NCBI GenBank assembly: GCA_045637165.1
Contig: JAZTYU010000002.1
Location: forward strand, 1-59,585
Length of the DNA stretch: 59,585 nucleotides
Direction of reading: 5' to 3'
Source: Candidatus Enterousia sp.
GTDB taxonomy: Bacteria; Pseudomonadota; Alphaproteobacteria; Rs-D84
Shown: positions 34,860-44,496 of the stretch, in pieces
How positions within the stretch are numbered: position 1 is the first letter of the stretch
How the letters are laid out: every line of letters starts with the position of its first letter
Translations under genes and position numbers: made by a program
The notes under the pieces: generated by a model
Told to the model about the DNA's origin: nothing
Database searches by the model: none
The model's input: the letters and a program-made list of their open reading frames with translations, nothing else

Positions 34860-36941
34860 TTATTCTGTTTCGGTTCCATCTGTTTCGGTTCCGCTCGTAT
34901 TGGTTTCTGGATAAAGCACACTATTAACCCAGTTTTCCATTGCTGTTGGTTTTGGCGTCTCGGTTGAATCACCATTTACAGACATACATGTAATAATATC
35001 CTTGCGGCATGCGTTGATTGCAATGTTCACGGAACTGCCACCCTTTACATAGTTATTCGATGACAGACATGACGATACGTCAGATATACAATTTGTTGCA
35101 TAATCTAACAATACTGCATCCTGGGCCGCCTTGATCTGAACCAATGTGCGATACATATATTCTTTGACCACATTGTTATTTGGCAGATAATTACCATTGT
35201 CATCATAGGTCAGTTTCTGACACTTGTTCAGGACAGACATACACATTCCATAATTTTTGCCGTCTTTGTTATAACCAATCTTATACTGCAGATACTTTGA
35301 CATATTGCTGTTGGTTGAATCAAGTTTTTCGACAGCATTTGTATCAACCGTTTTATCAACATAATCTGTCAAGGTTCCATCATCTGTCGTATTTCCCCAC
35401 GCAGATTTACTACCAGCATAGGTCCAAGCAGAATATAGCGTGTTTGTGGAGTATGGATCCGACGGTGAAGATACTTCTTCGTCATTTGCATCTATTGCAT
35501 AACCAGGCATTGAACCAACGACAACTTCGCCGTTTACGATATATTTGCCGGTTGGGTCCAGACAGTATTCATAATCTGTTCCACAGACAAAATCGTCCTG
35601 CATACATGAATCCAATGCATTTACACAGCCACGCAGGTCATAAGAATTTTTATTCTGGGCAACCATTAAACGGGCACGTTGTAATACCCCCTTGGCATTG
35701 CGGACAGTTTGCGACATTTCTTCGTTTGTATCTGTCAACTGACGTTCATATACCACGCACTGTTTGTCAATTTCCAAATCATATGCGTTCGAAATGATTG
35801 AGATGTCAACACCCTTGTCCTGACAACTTTCCAGAACGGCCTTTTTACAACGGGCAGCCGCAGTCTTATACAACTGTTCGCCACGCTGGTTGCTGATGCT
35901 GGATGTGTTTGACGATGTTGTCCCGAACAGCGATGTTAAATCAAACCCCGTGCTGTTGACACTGAAATCCAACAAGCCAGACAAATCAAAACTCATATCC
36001 ACTTCGGATGATGTTGCGGCAGAACCCTTGACATCAACCAACAGTTTTTTGATTTTGTCCAAATCGTTTTTCAGACGTGAACTGTCAGACGTTTGTTGCA
36101 TTTCAAGTTCAGCCTCGGTCTGGGTGAACAGTGTTTCAATTTCATCACTGGTCAGGCCGATATATTGAATCTGTTGGGCAACATCCTTTAATGCCTCGGT
36201 CGCTTCTTTTAATGCGGTTTCAGTCTTTTCATAATTCTTGATATTTTTTGAACATGAACAACGTCCCTGGTTATCGTCCAAGACATTACAGAAATTATCC
36301 ATACAGTCGGTATATTGTGCCTTGCAGAAATCAGTCAGCTGTGCCAACTCGTCCATTTCAGCAGCCGCCGTGGCAGCATCAACTGTGCTACTGGTCGTTG
36401 TTGAAACATTACCAGAAACCGATGTAATTGTTGGGATACGTGCACGAACCGCACTGGCACGTGAACTGACCCGACCGGTATATAATGGGGTGCGAACAGT
36501 ATCAGTTTGAACAATCGCCGCACGGGCAGACGTGCCGTTATTTTGCATTGCCTGGCGTGTTGTGGCAATCTGGGTCGCACCAGAACGTGCCACCGAACGA
36601 GATGCAACACGTGACGCACCAGAGCGTGCCACATTTGAATTTGAAACATTACGCGAGGTTGTCGCACGTGTAGCCGCCGAACGTGATTTCACAGTCCCAG
36701 CCCCAGTCCCAGCCGGCATTGCACGTGAAGACGCCGCATTTGACGCACGCAACGCACGGGCAGTTGTCTGAGAAACCGGCACCGCAACAGCAGCGGCATC
36801 AATTTCATCGACATCCATTTCGACATCACCAGCAACATCGACAGCATCATAATCAGATTCCATTTCATAATAAAATGGTGCAATTTCGGCATACGCAGGT
36901 AATACAAGCACCCCACTTAAGACGGCTAAAAATCTTTTCAC
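34860..36941 (-). CDS. Secreted Cys-rich coiled-coil protein, paralogue A (693 aa, GTG start)
   Basis: Signal peptide MKRFLAVLSGVLVLPAYA, acidic segment, Ser/Arg/Ala/Thr-rich basic low-complexity region, CMDNFCNVLDDNQGRCSC core. Confidence 0.8.
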   Translation of the reverse strand: MKRFLAVLSGVLVLPAYAEIAPFYYEMESDYDAVDVAGDVEMDVDEIDAAAVAVPVSQTTARALRASNAASSRAMPAGTGAGTVKSRSAATRATTSRNVSNSNVARSGASRVASRSVARSGATQIATTRQAMQNNGTSARAAIVQTDTVRTPLYTGRVSSRASAVRARIPTITSVSGNVSTTTSSTVDAATAAAEMDELAQLTDFCKAQYTDCMDNFCNVLDDNQGRCSCSKNIKNYEKTETALKEATEALKDVAQQIQYIGLTSDEIETLFTQTEAELEMQQTSDSSRLKNDLDKIKKLLVDVKGSAATSSEVDMSFDLSGLLDFSVNSTGFDLTSLFGTTSSNTSSISNQRGEQLYKTAAARCKKAVLESCQDKGVDISIISNAYDLEIDKQCVVYERQLTDTNEEMSQTVRNAKGVLQRARLMVAQNKNSYDLRGCVNALDSCMQDDFVCGTDYEYCLDPTGKYIVNGEVVVGSMPGYAIDANDEEVSSPSDPYSTNTLYSAWTYAGSKSAWGNTTDDGTLTDYVDKTVDTNAVEKLDSTNSNMSKYLQYKIGYNKDGKNYGMCMSVLNKCQKLTYDDNGNYLPNNNVVKEYMYRTLVQIKAAQDAVLLDYATNCISDVSSCLSSNNYVKGGSSVNIAINACRKDIITCMSVNGDSTETPKPTAMENWVNSVLYPETNTSGTETDGTETE
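35499..36356 (-). repeat. Near-identical core shared with paralogue B (copy 1)
   Basis: Aligned by eye to 37885-38744 (offset about 2.39 kb). Includes 50 identical residues ELEMQQTSDSSRLKNDLDKIKKLLVDVKGSAATSSEVDMSFDLSGLLDFSV. Confidence 0.8.
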
Positions 36942-36985
36942 GGCTTAATCCTTCCCTCTAGTTATGTTTCATTTTATCACATTAC

Positions 36986-37000
36986 GCAATGCAATGCAAT
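36986..37000. repeat. (GCAAT)x3 pentanucleotide repeat in the 5' leader of paralogue A
   Basis: acGCAATGCAATGCAATtg read directly. Confidence 0.85.
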
Positions 37001-37012
37001 TGAAAAAAGGTA

Positions 37013-37021
37013 ATTATAGCA
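37013..37021 (-). promoter_or_regulatory. Extended -10 element (TGcTATAAT) for paralogue A
   Basis: Minus-strand TGCTATAAT about 72 nt upstream of the GTG start. No good -35. Confidence 0.3.
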
Positions 37022-37040
37022 AAAAATCTGAAAAAAATTA

Positions 37041-39320
37041 TTATTCAACAGGACTCTCACCGCTCCAACTACCATTCGCCGTAAATAGATGCGTCCCACT
37101 TGGTGATGTATCGCACCACTTCCTTTGTTCTTCTGAGGCCCCAGAACAGGAACATCCGTAATTTGTAGTATAATCCGTTCTAGCACCACTTGTCCAGGTT
37201 GGACACAAACACCCATTCTGTTCCGCGTCCCATGTTCCGCCCTTGCAAGAAACACAGGCCGAACCATTATGGTAATAATACTCAGAGCAGCCCACTGAAA
37301 CAGGGTCATCACTGCCTGATGAAACAGAGTTAATCGCAGCAACCCAATTCTTCATTGCTGTTGGCTCTGGCGGCTGGGTTGAATCACCATTTACAGACAT
37401 ACATGTGACAATCTCGGCACGGCACGCATTGATTGCGATGTTGGCCTTGCTATTGCTTGTGCTATCATAATTATTTGATGACAAACAAGACGTGACATCG
37501 GATATACAACCGGATGCATAATCATGCAAAATCGAATCTTGGGCCGCCTTTATCTGAATCAATGTGCGACGCAGGTATTCACGGATTACCTGGTTATCAG
37601 GCTGATATTTGCCGTTGTTGTATGTGATATCCTGACACTTATTCAAGACAGACATACACATTCCATAATTCTTTTCCCCGTCATTATAGCCAATTTTATA
37701 TTGCAAATTTTTCGCCATATTTGCATCAGCCTTGGTCACAGCCGACGTGCTGACGTTTTTATCGATATAATCCGATATTTGACCAGACGTTCCCCAGACA
37801 TAGGTATTGTCATAATACCATGTACCATATAGAGTATCCTTGGAATAATCAGTTGATGGCGATGGAACCGTTGAACTACTGATAACATAACCAGGCATTG
37901 AACCAACGACAACTTCGCCGTTTACGATATATTTGCCGGTTGGATCCAGACAGTATTCATAGTCAGAACCACAAACAAAATCGTCCTGCATACATGAATC
38001 CAATGCATTTACACAGCCACGCAGGTCATAAGAATTTTTATTCTGGGCAACCATTAAACGGGCACGTTGCAGAACACTTTTTGCGTTGCGGACAGTTTGC
38101 GACATTTCATCGTTTGTATCGGTCAACTGACGTTCATAGACTACACATTGCTTGTCAATTTCCATATCATAAGCATTGGATATAACAGATATATCAACAC
38201 CCCGGGATTCGCATGTTTCCAAAACCGCCTTTTTACAACGGGCGGCCGCCGTCTTGTACAACTGTTCGCCACGCTGGTTGCTGATACTGGATGTGTTTGA
38301 TGACGAACCACCAAACAATGACGTCAAATCAAAGCCGGTGCTGTCAACACTGAAATCCAACAGACCAGACAAATCAAAACTCATATCCACTTCGGATGAT
38401 GTTGCGGCAGAACCCTTGACATCAACCAACAGTTTTTTGATTTTATCCAAATCATTTTTTAGACGAGAACTGTCAGACGTTTGTTGCATTTCAAGTTCCG
38501 CTTCGGTCTGAGAAAACAAGATTTCGATTTCTTCACTGGTCAGGCCGATATATTGAATCTGTTGGGCAACATCCTTTAATGCCTCGGTCGCTTCTTTTAA
38601 TGCGTTTTCGGTCTTTTCATAATTCTTGACATTTTTTGAGCATGAACAACGCCCCTGGTTATCATCCAAGACATTACAGAAATTATCCATACAGTCGGTA
38701 TATTGCGTCTTGCATGATGCGGACAATGTTGCTAATTCATCCATTACTGCAACAACATCTGTGGCCGATGCGGATGCCGCATCCGTTGCCGAAGACACAT
38801 TGCCAACCGTCGTCGAAATCGTTGGAACACGTGCACTGACCGAACGAGCAGTATTTATATTTGGATTTACAGGCGTTGCAATACGACGTGCGGCCGCCTT
38901 TGGCGTTGATACTGGCACAGCACTGTGCACAGTGCGTGATGCGACACGTGATGAAGCCGCAGAACGTTCAGCAGAACGTGCAATCGTATTTGCCACAGCA
39001 CTGCGTGCAACAGTCGAACCGGAAACATTACGAGACGTGGTTGTCGCACGGGTCGAAGCAGAACGTGTATTTGGTGTCGTCCCTGCCCCAGCAGGCACAG
39101 CACGTGAAATCGACGACGCCCCAGCACGTGGATTGCGCGATGAAGCCTGGGCCACAGGAACAACAAATGCTGCAGTATCAACATCATCGACATCTGGTTC
39201 ATTTTCGCCAACAATGCCAACAGCAAAAGAATCAGACCCAGCATCATCGTAAACCAGCACAGCCTGGGCGTATGCAGGTAAAATTAAAATACCGCTAAGA
39301 ACCGCTATAAACCTTTTCAT
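37041..39320 (-). CDS. Secreted Cys-rich coiled-coil protein, paralogue B (759 aa) with an extra Cys-rich C-terminal module
   Basis: True start MKRFIAVLSGILILPAYA at 39320 after AGGAAAGG. Same architecture as A. Tail CSEYYYHNGSACVSCKGGTWDAEQNGCLCP... Confidence 0.8.
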   Translation of the reverse strand: MKRFIAVLSGILILPAYAQAVLVYDDAGSDSFAVGIVGENEPDVDDVDTAAFVVPVAQASSRNPRAGASSISRAVPAGAGTTPNTRSASTRATTTSRNVSGSTVARSAVANTIARSAERSAASSRVASRTVHSAVPVSTPKAAARRIATPVNPNINTARSVSARVPTISTTVGNVSSATDAASASATDVVAVMDELATLSASCKTQYTDCMDNFCNVLDDNQGRCSCSKNVKNYEKTENALKEATEALKDVAQQIQYIGLTSEEIEILFSQTEAELEMQQTSDSSRLKNDLDKIKKLLVDVKGSAATSSEVDMSFDLSGLLDFSVDSTGFDLTSLFGGSSSNTSSISNQRGEQLYKTAAARCKKAVLETCESRGVDISVISNAYDMEIDKQCVVYERQLTDTNDEMSQTVRNAKSVLQRARLMVAQNKNSYDLRGCVNALDSCMQDDFVCGSDYEYCLDPTGKYIVNGEVVVGSMPGYVISSSTVPSPSTDYSKDTLYGTWYYDNTYVWGTSGQISDYIDKNVSTSAVTKADANMAKNLQYKIGYNDGEKNYGMCMSVLNKCQDITYNNGKYQPDNQVIREYLRRTLIQIKAAQDSILHDYASGCISDVTSCLSSNNYDSTSNSKANIAINACRAEIVTCMSVNGDSTQPPEPTAMKNWVAAINSVSSGSDDPVSVGCSEYYYHNGSACVSCKGGTWDAEQNGCLCPTWTSGARTDYTTNYGCSCSGASEEQRKWCDTSPSGTHLFTANGSWSGESPVE
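37885..38744 (-). repeat. Near-identical core shared with paralogue A (copy 2)
   Basis: See 35499-36356. Nucleotide runs such as acttcggatgatgttgcggcagaacccttgacatcaaccaacagtttttt are identical in both copies. Confidence 0.8.
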
Positions 39321-39441
39321 AAATAAAAGACCTTTCCTGTTATTTTCTTTTATTTTATCACAATACAAGATAAAAATTAACACAAAAATCACAACTATTA
39401 TGAACTTGTTCCTAGATTATTAAAAAATATAATGAATTTAC

Positions 39442-39470
39442 TTGCAGGGGCATTTTTATTTAACTATAAT
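39442..39470 (+). promoter_or_regulatory. Candidate sigma70 promoter of the PLD gene
   Basis: TTGCAG (39442-39447), 17-nt spacer, TATAAT (39465-39470). Confidence 0.4.
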
Positions 39471-39505
39471 CGCAACAGAAAAAATGTAGGCAAAGGAAGC
39501 AGACG

Positions 39506-41095
39506 TTGAATATATTAAAAAAAGTTTCGTTATGGATTCTGGCACTGCCACTGATGGGCTGCACAACCGTCCCAACCACGACGAATGATGCACGCTTAGA
39601 CGATTATCGTCCAAAAATCACAGCGTCTGATTTTGATTATGACCCATACAAAACACCAATCGCAATATGTTATGCTGATGAACTTAGTCAAAATCCTGAC
39701 ACATCAGGTGCAACGCTTATCGAAGATGGATTGTCTGCATTTGTAATACGGTCTGCCTTTGCCAGAATGGCAACTAAAACGATTGATTTACAGACCTATA
39801 TTTACAGCAATGACTTTTCATCCAAGGTTCTGATTGGTGAACTTAAAAACGCCGCAGACCGTGGGGTCAAGGTTCGAATACTGGTTGATGACTATGGGAC
39901 AAAATCTGACATCGTTGATGTTATGCTGTTAAACCAACACCCAAATATAGAAGTCAAGGTTTTTAACACTGTTCGAAACCGTTCTAAATTACTGTATTAT
40001 CCACAGTTTTTAGCGGACTTTAACCGACTAAATTCACGTATGCACAACAAACTGTTCATCGTTGATAATATCGTATATATCACAGGCGGACGCAACGTTG
40101 GCAGCAACTATTTCTATCCAGAAACAGCGTCAAACTTTTCAGATACCGACGTGCTGTTTATCGGCGATATGACACGCTATGCCACCGACAGTTTTAACGA
40201 ATACTGGAATCATCATCTGTCGATACCTGCCGCCGTTTTTCCAAAGGCAAAATCAAAAAAGGCAATGCGTAAACTGGAACGCACATTCGAAGAAATCGAA
40301 AAACGAAGTGCCGAAGACGTTCGCAGATACAATACTATTATTTCAATGGCACAACGTGAATTCAAACAAAAAAGACTCGATTTCAGTTGGGGACGTGGAA
40401 AATTCTTGGCAGACCCACCACAAAAAGTCGAAATGTCTATGGATGAAAAAGAACAATATCGTGGCGAAATTGTTCGGGCGTTGCAACATCTGTGGGACAA
40501 AACGAACAAATCGGTCTATATGTCAGCAGCATATTTTGTGCCAGGACAAGGTGGCTTGGAACACATGTTAAATGAAGAAAAATCAGGCGTTCACCTGACC
40601 ATTGTAACAAATTCGTTAGCATCAACCAATGCACCAACAGTGTATGCAAAATGGGAAAAATACAGAAAACACTTGATTGAATCTGGTGCAGACGTTTATG
40701 AATTTATGGTTTCTGCTGAAAATCTGCGTGGCAAGGAACACGACCGTGAACGTAAACAATCAAGCTTTTCCGTTCTGCACAGCAAGACAATGGTGTTTGA
40801 TGATAACATTTCCTGGATTGGCAGTTTTAACCTGGACCCCAGAAGTGCATATTACAACACAGAAAATGTAGCAATCTTTGAAAGCCGTGATTTCGCAGAC
40901 AAATTACGTGAAATGATCATCAAAGACACACAAACATCATGGCGGGTCAGCCTGGACGAAGACAACGCCCCAATATGGACCGGGAAACGACCAGGCGACG
41001 AAAAGCCACGAATCCATAAACACGCACCAGACACTGGGATTTTACGCAGAATCTGGAAAAACATTTGTAATTTGGTTCCTGAAAAATTCGTTTAA
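39506..41095 (+). CDS. Phospholipase D / cardiolipin-synthase-like lipoprotein (two HKD motifs)
   Basis: Lipobox LPLMGC. HNKLFIVDNIVYITGGRN and HSKTMVFDDNISWIGSFN. TTG start after AAGGAAG. Confidence 0.85.
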   Translation: MNILKKVSLWILALPLMGCTTVPTTTNDARLDDYRPKITASDFDYDPYKTPIAICYADELSQNPDTSGATLIEDGLSAFVIRSAFARMATKTIDLQTYIYSNDFSSKVLIGELKNAADRGVKVRILVDDYGTKSDIVDVMLLNQHPNIEVKVFNTVRNRSKLLYYPQFLADFNRLNSRMHNKLFIVDNIVYITGGRNVGSNYFYPETASNFSDTDVLFIGDMTRYATDSFNEYWNHHLSIPAAVFPKAKSKKAMRKLERTFEEIEKRSAEDVRRYNTIISMAQREFKQKRLDFSWGRGKFLADPPQKVEMSMDEKEQYRGEIVRALQHLWDKTNKSVYMSAAYFVPGQGGLEHMLNEEKSGVHLTIVTNSLASTNAPTVYAKWEKYRKHLIESGADVYEFMVSAENLRGKEHDRERKQSSFSVLHSKTMVFDDNISWIGSFNLDPRSAYYNTENVAIFESRDFADKLREMIIKDTQTSWRVSLDEDNAPIWTGKRPGDEKPRIHKHAPDTGILRRIWKNICNLVPEKFV

Positions 41096-41126
41096 CAAAA
41101 AACACGCCCAATCGGGCGTTTTTTTA
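41096..41126. terminator. Bidirectional terminator
   Basis: Stem ACGCCC/GGGCGT (41104-41109/41114-41119) with A and T flanks. Confidence 0.6.
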
Positions 41127-42770
41127 TTCATCCAACTTTGGAATAATCACAGTATCATTATAATGCGACAAGAAACGTTTACCTGTGGCACAATAAAACT
41201 TTTGCAGACTGTCCTTATACTCACGCACAGCAGAAACCCAACGTTCATCAATATCGCTTTGTGCACCCTGATATCCAGTAAATGCCCCCATCGCACCACC
41301 AACACCAGCACCAGTCAACGTGCTTTTCAGACGTGCCTTGTTATTCAAATCAATAATACCACCATCATCAGAATCCTGATAAACAGGACGGAAATTCACA
41401 GCCCCCAGAGTTATTGTTTGTTCCTGGTCTGACGATGTCCCAAGAACAACCGCTGCATCCAGATTTGTCGCAACACCATTACCAGAACGACCAACAACTA
41501 AATTTCCATTATAACGTGTTTTAAAATCCGACCATTCATCTTTGTGCCAGCCAAACGATTTATCCTGGACATCAACAACCATTGCTGCTGTGCGTTTTGT
41601 CACACGCTGGACAGAATCCAGTTCTATCCATGGACCATCTGTGCAATTCGCCCCCACAGTCATACCATTAACAACATCATAACAATACATATTTTGGACC
41701 AAAGCCCAATTTTCAGCCTGCATATCTGACAATTCCATTTTTTTGCCGTCAGACGCACGTTTTTTGCCGCTGTATTCCGCAACCACAGCCGATGTTAAAT
41801 CTGCACGCTCACACGTGGTGCCAGAACAAACACGAAAATCATTTACATTATTCGCCGAAACATAGGCTGTGCCATCTATGGCAGAAACTTCTTCGATAAC
41901 ACCCCAAAGGCATTTTGTATCCCTGCCCGCAACCTGACACGGTTCAATACGCAACACAGAATCACCACTGGCAACAATATTTCCAACAATACCACCGGCT
42001 GCCGCATTTACGCCCGTTGACAGAATTACATCGCCTGCAACCTTGCCCGCATAGGCATTACCTGCCATAAATGCAGCACCACCCAACGCACCGATAATCG
42101 TTCCCTGGGTCTTAGAACGACCACCACCCAACACCCCATCCTTACCCGGTTCGTTTTCACCAGCAATATTACCAGCCAAACCACCCAACACAGTTCCTGC
42201 AGCAATTTTTATCCCTGCATTTTGACGCTGCTCTTGATTCAGAACAGAAACAACATCATCAACGGTCGGTTCACGGTCAGCTGGAAATTCAACCATACCA
42301 GCGGCCGGTAACCACGACGCCTCGTTAAATTCGGATATATTACAGGAAAAACTGTCCCCTGCTGCCAGATTTGCACGTGCCAAAATTGCGTCTTCACCAT
42401 TTTCGCCGGCACCAATTGCACGCAATTCAACAACAGCCGTGCAGGTTGCTGCACCGCCAGAACCAGCCCCAAGCGTAGGCTTGCCCCAGGCAAATTCACC
42501 TTCGGGATAAATCATTGAACAACGCTGTGCTTTGGCCCCAACAGCCGTGTCATCTGTCGCAGACTTTACAACCGTCGTTGGCAAATCCACAGGAATTGCC
42601 GCAACCGCAGCCTGGGTTGCAAGTTCCGAGTTATAACGTGCTTCGCTAACCTGTTGATACCCCTGGGCGTTATTACGGGACAAATTACCAACACGAATAC
42701 CCGCCCCAGCAACGGTTGGTACCAATGCCGCTAACAACGAATAGTAAAAGATTGAATTTTTGCGTCTCAT
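41124..42770 (-). CDS. Secreted glycine-zipper protein (548 aa from the Met at 42770)
   Basis: Signal-like MRRKNSIFYYSLLAALVPTVAGA. GGLAGNIAG, IIGALGGAAFMAGNAYAG, AAAGGIVGNIVA and GAGVGGAMGAFTG zippers. Confidence 0.7.
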   Translation of the reverse strand: MRRKNSIFYYSLLAALVPTVAGAGIRVGNLSRNNAQGYQQVSEARYNSELATQAAVAAIPVDLPTTVVKSATDDTAVGAKAQRCSMIYPEGEFAWGKPTLGAGSGGAATCTAVVELRAIGAGENGEDAILARANLAAGDSFSCNISEFNEASWLPAAGMVEFPADREPTVDDVVSVLNQEQRQNAGIKIAAGTVLGGLAGNIAGENEPGKDGVLGGGRSKTQGTIIGALGGAAFMAGNAYAGKVAGDVILSTGVNAAAGGIVGNIVASGDSVLRIEPCQVAGRDTKCLWGVIEEVSAIDGTAYVSANNVNDFRVCSGTTCERADLTSAVVAEYSGKKRASDGKKMELSDMQAENWALVQNMYCYDVVNGMTVGANCTDGPWIELDSVQRVTKRTAAMVVDVQDKSFGWHKDEWSDFKTRYNGNLVVGRSGNGVATNLDAAVVLGTSSDQEQTITLGAVNFRPVYQDSDDGGIIDLNNKARLKSTLTGAGVGGAMGAFTGYQGAQSDIDERWVSAVREYKDSLQKFYCATGKRFLSHYNDTVIIPKLDE

Positions 42771-42838
42771 TACCTTTTGCCCCCTGCCGCAATGAATCAA
42801 CATAACCGGGCGTTCGCCCGGTGCGATTATTTCTTTAT

Positions 42839-43933
42839 TTAGAACTGTAATCTTAGACGAACGCCAATATCAACCAACCCCAGACGCCCACTTTCATACC
42901 AATTTGTATAATGGAATACACTGTCATACGGTGCCTCGTATTCACCGCCGGCACCATCACCCAACCATTCAATCTGACTTAACACGATACTGCCCGATGT
43001 TTTAACCGTCCCCAGGTTCGCATAACGGGCAAAAAAGTCCATTTTTATACCGCCTTCTAGTTCGGTTGTAATACCCGCTTCTAGCATAAAGGCCAATTGT
43101 TCGGTTGTGCCACCATTGTGATATGCATAAATATCAGAAATACCTGTCAACTGTCCGGCATTTGCATAGGCCGGGTCCATCACAGAATAAAAGGTATTAT
43201 CATAAACAACATAGTCTGCGATTGTATTTAATGAAATACCAACACCTGCACCAATATATGGACGCAACGACCCACCAGCCAAAAATCCTGTATAAGAGTC
43301 AATATTATAATAAACATTCAACATTGTCGCATTGGACGTGATTGCACCACCGTCAACCTGAGCCTCAACATAATCGCCGGCACCGTCGTCTGTTTGAACA
43401 GTATTTGGATAAGACAAACCCGAATAACGCAAATACGAAAAATCAACACGAACATCATTGTTCAATGCCGCACCAACAGAAACCTGAAGCGGAATCATTG
43501 TATCAGACTGAAAATCAGCGGCCTTGAATGCACCCGGAACAGTATAGGCATCTTCTTCACCAGTATAATCAGACGAAATTGACCCCATCACCGATGACGT
43601 ATAACCGACAGACAAACCAACATACAAACCGCTGTCCGCCAGCCGGTCATAATCCGCAGGCTGATAATACTGACGACCTGCCGTCGTTTGCGACGTGCCA
43701 ACACGTGGCAACGAACCAGTTACACGTGTTGGTTGGGCTGCAGCAACAGAATTATAGCCAGGCATCGCCGCCGCAGTTGACACAACACGACTGTTCACAG
43801 ATGGCAAATACATCGCCTGGTTATTTACACCGGTCGCTTGATATGACGGATACGCAGGATATGCCGCCCCCACCACCATTGGCAGTGCACACAAAACACC
43901 AGCAAACACGGTAGAAAAACAAAATTTCTTCAT
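42839..43933 (-). CDS. Outer-membrane beta-barrel protein (OmpA-like/porin-family barrel)
   Basis: Signal peptide MKKFCFSTVFAGVLCALPMVVGA. C-terminal RLRLQF. Confidence 0.75.
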   Translation of the reverse strand: MKKFCFSTVFAGVLCALPMVVGAAYPAYPSYQATGVNNQAMYLPSVNSRVVSTAAAMPGYNSVAAAQPTRVTGSLPRVGTSQTTAGRQYYQPADYDRLADSGLYVGLSVGYTSSVMGSISSDYTGEEDAYTVPGAFKAADFQSDTMIPLQVSVGAALNNDVRVDFSYLRYSGLSYPNTVQTDDGAGDYVEAQVDGGAITSNATMLNVYYNIDSYTGFLAGGSLRPYIGAGVGISLNTIADYVVYDNTFYSVMDPAYANAGQLTGISDIYAYHNGGTTEQLAFMLEAGITTELEGGIKMDFFARYANLGTVKTSGSIVLSQIEWLGDGAGGEYEAPYDSVFHYTNWYESGRLGLVDIGVRLRLQF

Positions 43934-44046
43934 ACCTTTCCCATTATTCCTTTTGATTTATTATATCATTTTGCACCCCTGCACGCAAACATAAAAAAAT
44001 ACGCCAAACAGGATATTTTTGTTTCAAGAAAGAAAAAAACAGATTT

Positions 44047-44496
44047 TTAGTCGCCTATTTTGATATTCGGACGGGTGCGACGTAAATTCTCTAAGGATTT
44101 TGCCTGGGCGGCACGAAACGCATCAGGATTCCATATCTGAAAGCTGTTGCCACGGCCAACAAAAACCGCTGTATCAGTTATGCCAGCATGTGCCAACAAA
44201 TCCGCAGGAATAACAACACGCCCTGTCACATCAAACGCTAACTGTCGTGCATCGGCAAATAACATAGCGGTCAAATCGTCCAATTCACTGTCAAAAACAC
44301 CCATCTTGTCGGTTGCCGCTGCCATCTGTTCCATACGGGACATCGTTAAACCTTCGATACAATTATTTGTAAAAGAACGATATAAAACAATACCAGCAAA
44401 TTTTTCATCAGAAACCGAAGCCCGAAAGGACGCTGGAACAGAAATCCGCCCCTTGGTATCCAAACGATTTTCATAAGATGAGAGAAACAATGACAT
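44047..44496 (-). CDS. mraZ: Transcriptional regulator MraZ (149 aa)
   Basis: MSLFLSSYENRLDTKGRISVPASFRA and DVTGRVVIPADLLAHAGI, i.e. two SpoVT/AbrB-type DxxGR motifs. The upstream 31-codon extension looks like an artefact. Confidence 0.85.
   Translation of the reverse strand: MSLFLSSYENRLDTKGRISVPASFRASVSDEKFAGIVLYRSFTNNCIEGLTMSRMEQMAAATDKMGVFDSELDDLTAMLFADARQLAFDVTGRVVIPADLLAHAGITDTAVFVGRGNSFQIWNPDAFRAAQAKSLENLRRTRPNIKIGD

Noticed and set aside
35180-39298. Long plus-strand ORFs antisense to the two paralogues (35180-35797, 38626-39252 and others), duplicated like their hosts.
   Set aside because: They are shadow ORFs of the minus-strand genes. Their compositions (Gln/His/Arg-rich, no starts with an SD) are non-protein-like.
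39321-39392. A 24-codon N-terminal extension of paralogue B (MIFVLIFILYCDKIKENNRKGLLF).
   Set aside because: The signal peptide begins at the Met at 39320, which has an AGGAAAGG SD and aligns with the start of paralogue A.
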